A model generated the notes under the pieces. That model saw only the letters and a program-made list of their open reading frames with translations, made no database searches and was not told the DNA's origin. A DNA stretch of 64,000 bases from Chrysomallon squamiferum (lineage: Eukaryota > Animalia > Mollusca), in NCBI GenBank assembly GCA_012295275.1, contig CM022679.1:2790001-2854000 (forward strand), written 5' to 3'. The position numbers were made by a program, and so were the translations under genes. Shown piece after piece: positions 26,102 to 38,460 of the stretch. Positions within the stretch are counted from its first letter, which is position 1. Every line of letters begins with the position of its first letter.

Positions 26102-27570
26102 ATGGTAAGCTGGCAATCATGTTTAACTTTCGGAGTAGAACTATTTGTTGTTTGTAAAAGTTCGAAACTGATCAAGTGAATGTTTACAATCTAGTTAGGT
26201 CACAATGACCCATATGTAACAAATGTGCTAATCAGAGCAAGTTGTTTGATGACCGTTGCCTCTTTCTGATAGGTAAGAGAGCGTGCCAGTCGCAGATACA
26301 CACATATATGAATATGTATGTTTTATTTATAGGACACTCCACCGCGTTACCAACCAATCAGCCTTGTGAGCACGTATTTGCAATTTCTTATAGCTGCTGT
26401 GATCATCATTGTTATTGGTTTTGTGTACTTGAGAAGAAGACAAGAAAACCAAGGTGTGACATAATTTACGTATTTACTTGCAAGTATTTTCTTTATTTAT
26501 TTGAGTACCATTACTTTTAATTTAGAAAACATTTATTAGTGATATTTTAGAGTTATTTAATATTTTATTTCATTAAAATGATCATATAACTTTAAAAGTA
26601 AATTTTAAGCTGTTGTGGTCATCAGGAGTATTCATGTCTCGCAAAGAAAGAAAATGAAAAAAAACCAAGGTGCGACTTAATTTACTTATTTATTTCACTT
26701 GCAAGTTTTTACTTTATTTCTTTGTTTATGTGAGTAGCATTAGTTTTAGTTTAGCTGATCATTATTATTTTTATTTAATACGTTACTTCATTTATAAGCA
26801 AATTTTTTATTTTTTTTTAAATTAATTTATTTTTAAAATTATTATTAATTTTAAGATGGCTATTTTTTTTTTCCTGTCTAAGGAAAGATGCATTCAGCCT
26901 TGTATGAGGAGATATTGTTTCACTTATTAAATGATTTTCACTCCTTTTAAAATAACACACTGATTTCTGTCACCTTATTAAGAACAGTTTGTGACCAGAT
27001 ATGGACTTACTTTTATAGATTCTTTACAGATCAGGGGTGGGCAAACTTATTGGTTCAAGGTTTTTAAAAAATACTCATGAAATCTATTTATTTTTTCTGT
27101 TTTTAATCAACAAATGTATTGTTGAAAGGCTGAGTCCAGTTGCAATGCGCCACCTGGTGGTACCAATTAAATACCTGGTGGCACCAGTGAAATGAAGACT
27201 ACGAATTTAAAAATGTTATAGGTTTATTGTTCGTGAAAATTCCTGACGGGCTGGATAAAATGATGTTGCAACACAAGGCAATAATGTCGTAGTTTGCCCA
27301 CCTCTGCTCTAGGTGATAAATATTTATCCGTATTTCATTTAAATTTGTTAAGCCTGTTTGATTTCAGGAATATGCTTTTTTTTTACTGGTTTTGGGTGAA
27401 ACTTTTCATAATGTTTGTTCTCATATACAAAATGTGTTTGTGTGTGTGTGTTTCTCTATGTGTGTACATGAGCATGCATGCATGTGTGTGTGTGCTTGCA
27501 ATGAAATTGGTTTAACCCCATGCACTTTTTTTCAGGAACCCTCCATCTATTATTATTATTGTGTAAAATT
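26102..27570 (+). pseudogene. Degraded receptor paralogue E (CRD-like remnant, frameshifted TM exon, second TM-end remnant), truncated by the gap
   Basis: AG-flanked exon 26333-26453 (121 nt, 1 off frame): GHSTALPTNQP / VSTYLQFLIAAVIIIVIGFVYLRRRQENQ|GT. A second ...KKNQ|GT remnant lies at 26609-26669. The downstream intron is homologous to C/D intron 2. A possible CRD remnant ends at the donor at 26272. Confidence 0.5.
27032..27306. mobile_element. Non-autonomous hAT-like MITE
   Basis: TIRs CAGGGGTGGGCAAAC / GTTTGCCCACCTCTG. The paralogous intron of D (about 19825-19840) lacks it. TSD is degenerate. Confidence 0.7.
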
Positions 27571-27770
27571 NNNNNNNNNNNNNNNNNNNNNNNNNNNNNN
27601 NNNNNNNNNNNNNNNNNNNNNNNNNNNNNNNNNNNNNNNNNNNNNNNNNNNNNNNNNNNNNNNNNNNNNNNNNNNNNNNNNNNNNNNNNNNNNNNNNNNN
27701 NNNNNNNNNNNNNNNNNNNNNNNNNNNNNNNNNNNNNNNNNNNNNNNNNNNNNNNNNNNNNNNNNNNNNN
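27571..27770. other. Scaffold gap (200 N)
   Basis: Run of N; the round size suggests a placeholder of unknown true length. Confidence 0.99.
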
Positions 27771-28052
27771 AAACAGTTATCACCAGATAAATCTTAATAT
27801 CTGGTAAAAATCCAGAAACAGTAATTTTAATATGGACGCAAAACAAAAAGTATTGCTGTCATGTCAGGCGATCATTCAGTTCCGTTTGATTTTCAGCTCG
27901 CATTTCAACTACGGTGTCTGTTTCTTTGCACGTCTCAGGTTTGAAAAAAACCAATTCGTTTTAACAGATCTGTTTTTCTTTATCCTGATGAGGCGTGCTG
28001 TGGTTCATAGAAGAAAAAAAGATAATTAATTACTGACATATACATAGATCAG

Positions 28053-28090
<38 letters not shown>

Positions 28091-30664
28091 AGAGAAGAGA
28101 GAAGAAGAAAGAAAGAGAGAGAGAGAGAAGAAACAAATAAACAAAGAAAAAAGAAAAACAAAAAAAAAAAAGGAAAAAAGCGTATTAAACAAAAGAGACT
28201 GTCTGACAAACAAAATTATGTATGAGGAACAGAGAAACAGTTCTTCTGAAAAAATGTTTAAATCAGAGTAACAAAGCAATGCAGGGAAGAAATAAAACTC
28301 CGACACTTGGTGACCTTTTAACACCCGCCATCATGAAAACTCTCCACACCTAACAACACTCACTGTTTTATCCCGATAAAAATGAAAGATTATACCCTTT
28401 TCTTAAATCACAGAAGTTTCAAATGACAGACATCTTCGTCTTGTTTCAGTTCTAAGGTGGTCACTGGTAAGACAAAGCGAGCGCGCCGGGTTTTGTCGCT
28501 TCAAGCTGTTTTTGACGAGCAAGCGACACGACGTCTTTGTCTTATCTGGTCACATGAACTGGTTAATGCAACGACCGTGAATTATTATCAGACAAACTAA
28601 TACGAAGATCAGTTTTCTTCTGATCCGTGGGAAGGTTTATACAGAACATCTCTTACAGCTAACTGACATAACATGTGTACATTGGTGACAGTACTTTTTG
28701 TTTTAGAAAAAACATCATAGCAGATGTTCACGCACATACACTCACACATATACATTTGTATTATAATTTTATATATATATATATATATACACAAACACAT
28801 ATTGCGCTAGACAAAAAGATAAAGATGAATAAAATGTAATAAAATAATTAATAATAACAATAATAAAGTAAAATAAAATAACTTAATACCTTATTAAATT
28901 CTTCGTATCAGACGTATAACATAAATAATCATGTTTCTTATTCGTTTAGTAAATAAATAATAAATAAATAAATGAATAATTGAATAAATAAGTAAATAAA
29001 TAAATGGCTGAAAGTCTTCATTAAACATTTTAACTGTAACGTGATGAATTATCAAGAAGGAACTGTTACTGCCACTAAGATGTCGATTCTGAATACAGGA
29101 TCATTTATCTAGAATCTCCTTAGACAGGAGTGTACGAATGAATGGTAATGGTAGTAATAATAGTTGTTGTTGTTGTTATAACAGAAGTAGTAGTGGAAGT
29201 AACCATAGCAGTAATAGAAGTAGTAATAATAGTAGTAGCAGTAGTAGTAGTAGCAGCAGTAGCAATAGTACTAGTAATGATAATAGTAATAGTAACTGAA
29301 GTAGTAGTTTTAGTAGTTGAAATAATAGTAACGGTGATTTTTTTCTTGAACTTTTAAACAGCATCCTTTATAATGTTAAAACACCATCACTTTTGTTAAT
29401 AAAACACAACACAGTTTGACAAGACACGTCAGAACAGGATATAGCAAAATGACTTTTTTCTTTTCTTCGCATTCAGTGCAAACCTGATTTTTACAATCCA
29501 CGATTTAATGGCATAAATAACTGCGCAAACGTATTAGCCATAATGAGTGGTAAACACGAAACGGGAGATCTTGCGAAAAGCCGCTATTGCTTCGCTCTTC
29601 CCCGTAAAGCGTGAAACGAGTGTTTCCAATGCAAAGCAGAGTCAATTATTAGCGACTGGCAGAATTGTGTCGTCGCTGGCGATATCCGAGAGATGAAAAG
29701 CGACGTGAATATTCTTCTGATTTTCAGACAAACAAATAAGAAAGATAAGAAAAGCCGGACGCAGTCGGTGGATGTAGGTCTTTACGACAGGACAGGTGCG
29801 GATCCTAGGGTGAAAAGAGTTTAGTGAAAAGAGTTTAGAACTCAGACTGGGCCGGTGATGGGTATGGTTTGTTACATCAGTCCGCCTCTCGGAGGACTCA
29901 TTGAGTTATTTCTCACTGCAGCCAATGTTCAACAGCTGATTAAGAAAGACCGTGGTATGTGCTACCCTGTCTGTGGGTTTACTGTTGCTAACTGAGACAG
30001 GGGATTTCCCCTCTCCTTATCTGTATTCGTAAATAAAATGTATTGAATTAAACAAAACAAGTGCCAATATTTAAGTTTATTTTGCTGTTTGATCCTGTTT
30101 TCACACATCCTTATAAAACATAACGAGTCTGTATTGTCCATAGTGATCGGCACCGGTAAATATTGTTGGATCCGCCCCCAAATAAGGATAAGACTTGTGG
30201 ATTAGTGTACTTTAGAAAGCTGTTACAAGACTTAACGCACTTTAACAGGAATCTGCTCATTAAAACAAACCAGTTGTTTCTCTTTGGCACTTAACTAAAA
30301 TAAAAACCGACTGAAAATTCTCTTCCAGCGGTTCTGTAAAGCTGCTAATTTGAAGGACATAAACAAATCTTATAAGTCTTAGTACCCACTGATATCAGCA
30401 AAAAAATATATAAAATAAAATAAAATAAATCAGGTTTGATCCTTTGTTTACCGGAACAAGTTGAAACTGAGTTAGAATTATTTCCTCTTGTTTGTTTTGC
30501 CTGTAATGGAAAGCAGGACAGACAAACGTAAACTGTTGACTACTTTGTAAAATATCAACAAATCATGCAAACAGCTGGGGACCAGTGAGAGTCAAAACTA
30601 CGTCATCAGAATGTGTGTTGTTCCAGTGCCACATCAAGAAAGGATGTATTTTTTCAGTGTTAAT

Positions 30665-30925
30665 CTGTCTGAAAATCTACAGCGTCTGAAGGTCTACAAC
30701 GTCTGAAGATATATAATATCTTTAGATTTACAGTGCCTGTACGTTTACAACGTCTGGATATCTAAACTATCTAAAGATATACAGTGACTGGAGATCTACA
30801 ATACCTGGATATCTACAGTGTCTGGAGATTTACAATGTTTGGGTATCTCAAATGTTTGGAATATTCAGTCTCTGGATATTGATAATGTTTGGAAGTATCT
30901 GGACACGAAACGTCTCTGGACTTGC
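30665..30925. repeat. Degenerate about 19-bp tandem repeat (tctggaNatctacaNtg-like)
   Basis: About a dozen imperfect units are visible. Confidence 0.65.
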
Positions 30926-32991
30926 ACTGTCTGTACATCAGCCGGGGCTAGAGCTCTGCAGAGACGGAGACGGAGACGGCAACAACGTCGCTAACTGCGA
31001 GTGATAAATTATAACACTGTCTGAGTAATTACCGCTTGCTGCAGTCGTCTTTCTCGCAGCATCTCAGTGAATCTAGACGTCTTAGCTTGAGCCTCTTTGA
31101 TTGGAGACTAAGCACATGAGGGTTAAATTTTGGCGACATCTGACCACCGTCTGATAGCCAAAGCGATCTCGCCATCCATTTATAGATGACGGCAATTCTA
31201 AGATAACTGTGTGTGTTCGAAGAGGGATATAATTTGGCCTCATTTTCAGAGACAGTTATTTCGAGTTTCATTAAATGGTTCAGTCTGACGAATGAATTAC
31301 AGACAGACTGATTCTAAGAGACTGAAAAAAAAAAAGGAAAAGAGAGAAACGGAATTATGAAATCAGGAATGAAAGAAAGATGTAATAACTGCCATAGAGA
31401 CATAAACAAATAAGAAAATAAGAAGAAAAATGGTTACACACGTACCTACAAACATGCACATTAACATCTATACATACACACATATATACATACAACCATA
31501 CAGACATACACATTTATACACATTTATACATACTCACATATATACATATACGATTTTGTACCCAAACACACACATTATACATATAGATATACATAAATAC
31601 ACAGACATAAATACACAGACATATACAAACACACCGTAGATAAGTTCAGCGTGCAAAATGAACGTTATCTTTTTTCTTCTTCTTCTTTTCTGTTTATCAC
31701 AAATTAATGTGAAAAAGTTGCGTGCTGTCATCACATCATCAACTAAGAAATGAGATCGTTCGTTACCCTTGTTTCTTCTCAGTTGTCCATTTACGATGTT
31801 TTCAGACGTCAGGCAGTGTAGGAGAAACCACCGCTAATGAATCAGTTAATGAACAAACAGAATGGTAGACGTTTGAATGAAAAGGTGCTTAACGATGCAC
31901 TCTGTCATACTGACAGTTATTTGGAGTCAGACATTAATGTTTTAAATACGATTATAACGGAGAAGACATTGTACAAACGGAGTAGTGATACATTAACTGT
32001 TTTTATATTTTGATACTGACTGTTATTTCATGGCGAGATCTTACAAAAAAAAAAAAAAAAAATTGTTTTTATAGATGACAATAGAAAGGACACCTGTCTT
32101 TTGTAAATAATCGTTGTGCTGTATTTGGAAACACGCACAGATAAAAAAATACAAAATAGACTTGAATCCTTCCTTCACTGAAATTTCTCGTCTTACAGTA
32201 TTCTGTTTCTTTTAAATTTATTTTCTTGTTGTTTTTTTTCACGGCTTCTGATGACACTAAGATCTAGAGGTATATTTCAGGGAGAAAAGAGTAACACAAG
32301 TAATGGAAATATTATTAGTTAAATTCAGCCATATATATGCAGTGTGTAATTACTTTCTAAAATACAAACACACATATACGTACATACATGCACACACATA
32401 CATACTTACATCCCTCCGCATACATACATCATACACACATACATACGCACACATACACATACGAACATACACGCATACAGACAAATACATACATACATGC
32501 ACATACACACATATATGCATGCACACATGCACATATACATACATATATACATACATACATACATACTCATACACATAAAAACACAGACACAGACACATAC
32601 ACACACATACATACACATACATATAGTTATAAAATACTGTTGGGAATCAAAACTTTCAAAAACAGGCTCTAACTGACTATCTGAGGTTGGCCAAGCATAG
32701 GTCCAAATGTTGCCACAGTCTACCAAGTGAAATTATTAATTATAATTATTTTCCGAAATGTAAAAAATAAATTTAAAAAAAAGGTCTAAGACAATGGTGA
32801 AAGCATTATTATATTAACACTGATGAGATGGGTAGGTTAATCATTGTGTAATACAATACAGCGGGGTGAGGATTAAGTTACGTTAGTCATTGAGCTCACA
32901 TTGTTAACATTTACTGAATTCATGAAATTCCAAGAAAGAGTTTATTCGAAATGGTGTGAATCAGATGAATTCCAACAGTATACATATATTA

Positions 32992-33071
<80 letters not shown>

Positions 33072-34170
33072 TTCAAATTCGTTCGTTTTCATACATGTTT
33101 ACGTATCCACACGTGCATACACTGACATACCGACGTACGTACTCATAGAATTCTTCTCAAAATGACGCCCACAGTAATACATACGACCACCCAGATTAAG
33201 CAAAACTAATTAACTTGTAATTAATCAGGAGTTAATCAGCATGATTACGTCTGAAATATTTTTCTTGACTTAATAATATTCTAAGAAATAAATAATATCA
33301 AATTGTGAGGTATATTAATCACAATGCATGAACAGTTGCTGAAACGAGCAAAGCTGTTTTCATTTTCATAATTTTTCTTTTTTAATTTTTGTAGCTGAAT
33401 ATCGTATTATGGTGTTACTGACCGAACGAGCTTTTTAAACACACATTAGAATAACACCTAGTTAAAAAGTATAAAGGAGTACAGTTTAAAACTAAATTAT
33501 ACGTCGCCGTTTCTTACGTTTCAACTATAGCAGTGACGTCAGTTCATAGATCGAGGATTAATGAGCTACATGAGTTTATAGTAGTAATGACGTAATGTGC
33601 AGTTTAAAGAACAATGTTCAAGGTTTTGTATTACTGAATAACACAAACACACACACACACACATACATAAATTTAAGTACGCACATGCACATGCACAGAT
33701 GGATGCATACATGTGTTCTTATATATATACTTACATACGGACTCATAAATACACACTTGGATACACAAACGTACATATTCATACAATCACATACACATAT
33801 TTATATATATATATATATAGTGACAGATATACATATAACGTAAATATACACATACGAACACAGCTAACACATAAAAAATACACGATGTGCACCAAAAACG
33901 TTAAGAATTTTGACACAGTTTTGCAGTCGCTCGGTAAAAGAAAAACACTGCGAAGAAACCTATCATTTAACTGAGAAGTGATTTCCGTGTTTTGTGACAG
34001 CTTATCACTTCAAATCACCAATAAAACGTGTTTTCTTCCATTTACTACAGTCACAGCTCATACTCACGCAGGCCATCTGCTCACGTTTCATTAGTTTACA
34101 AAATAACATAAACCCTTTTTTTTTGTCAGTTACTTAGACATCGTGACTTTTTATTTATTAGTTACAGTAC

Positions 34171-34302
34171 CAGGGGCGGTAACTAGTGTCAGCCACTTCT
34201 TGTAAATAATGTGTACAATCCTTATTTCTTCTTCTTTATAATGAAATTCTTTGTATCTTAAAATGTAAACACAGCACAATCAATTTCCATGATCCGCCCC
34301 TG
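34171..34302. mobile_element. Small MITE-like element with CAGGGGCGG termini
   Basis: caggggcgg ... ccgcccctg inverted ends; no clear TSD. Related CAGTGGCGGATC ends occur at 45441 and 57356. Confidence 0.35.
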
Positions 34303-34596
34303 AATACTATGTAAAATTCTTGTCCTTGCTGTTGCCTAGAAACAGCAATGAGAGAAAAGAAAACAGGAAGTAAAGTATTTCACTACAGAGATATTATTAA
34401 GCTTGCGTGACGAAAAATAGCCTAGTTTTACGTTAGGGTCAAAACGTCTTAATGTTACAGATTATCGCTCATTAGTTGTTTAATCATTTTAAATAGTGTG
34501 TTTATAAGAAATACGCACACTGAAATACAGACTGGTATCAGGTTGAGTAAACATTATAAATGGGCACATAATTATTGTGTTATGTATTCACTACAC

Positions 34597-34663
<67 letters not shown>

Positions 34664-34976
34664 CAATATTTTTAACAATGTTTTAATTAAATATCGTGAC
34701 CGGTATATAAATTATCTCATATTAATTCATGTACAAAGAGAACTATCGTGACAAACCACAATTAACTGTTATTACAAATGTTGCGAGAACTCTAATGATT
34801 AAAGGTAATGTATCTTTGTAATCAACTACAGTCACGTACTTTTCTACGTAGTTTTCCTTTTGTGTGATTGTATGTGTGTGTGTGTGAGAGAGAGATACCC
34901 TTTCATTACAACGTACGTTTGACATGTTATACTTTCACAAAACAGAGCTATCAGTTAGATATTTGTTTACTTGCAG

Positions 34977-35524
34977 GTGATCTGTTCATCCTGGTGTACA
35001 GCATTGACAACCGAGAGAGCTTTGATGAAGTCAGACGTCTGCTAGATCAGATTGTCGAGTGTAAGAGTCAGTGTCGCAGCGTAAAGGACGTCAAGCTGCT
35101 CAACGTGCCTATCATGATCGTTGGCAACAAGTGTGACCTTGAGAAGGACAGAGTCATTGACCAGAATGACGTCATCAATCTTCTGGAAGGACGTTCCAAC
35201 ACCATCTACACGGAGTGCTCGGCTAAGAAGAACGTAAATATTGAGGATGTGTTCGTACGACTTTTCCACACAGCCAAACTGCCTTCTGAAATGAGTCCAT
35301 CGCTACATCGCAAAGTGCACCCCCAGTACGTGGGCAAAGGCAGCTCGCCCGTGGCTGGCAGAGTCATGTCCATCAGAAGGAAGACCAGTGATGCCTGTGG
35401 GGCGGTGGCTCCCAATGCCAGACGACCCAGCATCAGAACCGATCTGCTGGTTGCCCAGAGCCGGACAAACTCCAGTACGTCACCAGATGACGATACGAGA
35501 GATGCCAAGTGTGTTCTTCAGTGA
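34977..35524 (+). CDS. RASD2: Rhes/Dexras1-type Ras-family GTPase (RASD1/2 co-orthologue), terminal coding exon
   Basis: Acceptor ttgcag|GT GAT; GDLFILVYSIDNRESFDEV, G4 GNKCD, G5 ECSAK, LPSEMSPSLHRKV, DACGAVAPNARRPSIRTDL and CAAX CVLQ are typical of RASD exon 2. The exon with the P-loop is not found in the window. Confidence 0.9.
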
Positions 35525-36427
35525 CCATCATTGCTGTGTTACTGTGTTACGTACAAAATGTTACTGTGTTACACAAACACGTAAAAGTATTACACACAAA
35601 CAACTTACTATGTCAAACAAAGTTACTGGGTTACGTGAAGTGTGTTACATATATAATTATAAACTATATTGTTTTATACAATAGACGTTACTAAACGTTA
35701 CCGTATTTTATACAATAAACCTACCGTGTTTATACAATTGATATAACAAATATAATAACAGCACATTAGTTTGATGTATACAAAATTAATATAGTTTATT
35801 GAATATAAACAATGTTACAGTGTAAAGACAAAGATACAATGTTAGAAAATGTTTTGTTATAGAGAAAAATGCAAACAAAAAACCCCACAAAAACAACAAC
35901 AACAACAAAAATATCGTGGAAGACAGGTAAAATCAGAATGAATGTTGACATAATGACTTCATAAACAGACAGTGACCCCAAAACTAAATTTTTGAATTAA
36001 AATGTCGACTTGTAATCTGAAATTAAAATTACATTTGAATGTTGACAAAATAATTTTCCTTGAACCTTAGAATTCATGGAAACTATTGGTCAATAAAAGA
36101 AAAATTTTAAAAATTGAATTTCTTTGAGAGAGATAATTTCTTTTTAAATTTTAGATCATCAAATAAACTCATGATTAACAAAAAAAAGAGTAAAAACAGA
36201 AACTATCTCGAACAATCAATACATCGAACTTCGACATAATGGTGTTTAGCTGAGTGTTACTCGATGTTTCACTTGAGGCAACTTCAACTTGAGGCCAATT
36301 TCACATTAACTGTTGTAAAATGTTCGATCTTTAAACTGAAGTATCTTGGTTCAAATCCTGAAGGAGGAAACTGAGAAGTCATATAGATTCGTGTTTTTAT
36401 GTGTTGTGTTTGTCAGATAAAGTCTAT

Positions 36428-37010
36428 ATTTAATACATACTCTGTTTACACGTGTTAGTGAATGATATTTAATACATGCTCTGTTTACACGTGTATTAGT
36501 GAATGACATTTAGTACATATTCTGTTTACACGTGTTAGTGAATGACATTTAATACATGCTCTGTTTACACGTGTTAGTGAATGACATTAATACATGCTCT
36601 GTTTACACGTGTTAATGAATGACATTTAATACATACTCTGTTTACACGTGTTAATGAATGACATTTAATACATACTCTGTTTACACGTGTTAATGAATGA
36701 CATTTAATACATGCTCTGTTTACACGTGTTAATGAATTACATTTAATACATGCTCTGTTTACACGTGTATTAGTGAATGACATTAATACATGCTCTGTTT
36801 ACACGTGTATTAGTGAATGACATTTAATACATACTCTGTTTACACGTGTTAATGAATGACATTAATACATGCTCTGTTTACACGTGTTAGTGAATGACAT
36901 TAATACATGCTCTGTTTACACGTGTTAGTGAATGACATTTAATAATGTTCTGTTTACACGTGCTTTATTGAATGACATTTAATACATACTCTGTTTCCAC
37001 GTGCGTTAAT
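36428..37010. repeat. 39-bp minisatellite (about 15 copies) containing TGTTTACACGTGT
   Basis: Unit atgacatttaatacatgctctgtttacacgtgttagtga, with 38-41-bp variants. Confidence 0.95.
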
Positions 37011-37653
37011 GAATGGCTTATCAGTGGCGGATTTAGACACACACTGAACAGACAGGACGCAGAAGCTTCACGAATTAAACTTTCGAGGCACTTTTGTCAC
37101 ACGACCATAACAGCTTGCCAAATTACATCTTCGTCAGGTTTACGACATTTCAGGATAAAAATCCATATGCTTATCATTTAGCGTGCTTTCTGTCAGAGAA
37201 GTGTTAAAGCTTGCCCAAGATTTTCACAAAAATCTGATTTTACCAGAGTTCTGTTCAGGAAACGTCTAAATCCGGACCGACTACATGAATGTAGTTGCCT
37301 AATGATACAACTTTAATAGAGAATGACTGAAATATGTATTGAGTATTCACTGTGCATGTACAGATACATACGTTTTGTACTTTGTGTTATGTTTTAAACA
37401 ACATCTGAATGGTCAGAGATTTCTCAATGAGTTTGTTTTTTGTTTTTGTATAGTATAACACAGAGGATACTAATTTCTTACAAGACACACGTTTTAGGAT
37501 CTATTAGTCATTAAAACTGTAGCGACAGTTTGTGTGGTGTGTGTGTGTGTGTGTGTGTGTGTTTGTGGCTGTGCGTGAGAGATAGAGTAGAAAGGGAAAA
37601 GAAAGAGGGACACACAGAGTGACAGAAAGAGAAAGACAGGAAGAGAGAGAGAG

Positions 37654-37743
<90 letters not shown>

Positions 37744-37799
37744 TTAGTTTGCTGCGAGTTAGTTGCACGGTAATAGTACGTTTTTATTTTATTTTTAAA

Positions 37800-38025
37800 C
37801 ATGATCCGATATGAATACAAATTTCAAGAGTTAAATGGAACATGATCCAGTATGAATATTAATTGCAAGAGTTAAAGACAATATGATCCAGTATGAATAT
37901 TAATTTCAAGAGTTAAATACAACATGATTCAGTATGCATACTAATTTCAAGAGTTAAATATATCCAGTATGAATACTAATTTCAAGAGTTAAATATATCC
38001 AGAATGAATGCTAATTTCAAGAGAT
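37800..38025. repeat. About 36-41-bp tandem repeat, 5-6 copies
   Basis: Unit core atccagtatgaatactaatttcaagagttaaa. Confidence 0.85.
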
Positions 38026-38219
38026 GTGTTTTTCAGAAGCTTGGTTTAAACAAAGACTGAAAGATGCCCGCGGGTTTACTGATCCGTGTGTCCATTAATA
38101 GAATAATGCAAATATCCAATAACTTGAAAAACGAGAGAGGAAAATGAGAATACAACACACTCAGCTATCTCATTACAGTAAACACAAACAAAATCTTCAT
38201 CGTGACCATCTGTTAATAG

Positions 38220-38221
<2 letters not shown>

Positions 38222-38314
<93 letters not shown>

Positions 38315-38329
38315 CTGTCTCTCTCTTTT

Positions 38330-38406
<77 letters not shown>

Positions 38407-38460
38407 GTCACATCTCTCTCTCACTTTTTCTTTCTCTCTGTCATTTCTCTCTTTCTCTGT
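38222..38460. repeat. (CT)n-(AT)n-(CT)n compound microsatellite
   Basis: Directly visible; similar (CT)/(AG) tracts at 28050, 32993, 34597, 37640 and 61125. Confidence 0.95.

Noticed and set aside
26206-26208. Selenocysteine recoding in paralogue E
   Set aside because: Neighbouring frameshifts point to decay or error, and no SECIS can be assessed because the 3' end is in the gap.
35206-35508. Antisense and overlapping ORFs on RASD, receptor and BIR exons
   Set aside because: Shadow frames of GC-richer true coding exons.
36574-36783. CxxC-repeat ORF (TRVNRACIKCHSL)n
   Set aside because: Translation of the 39-bp minisatellite; 38- and 41-bp units break the frame.
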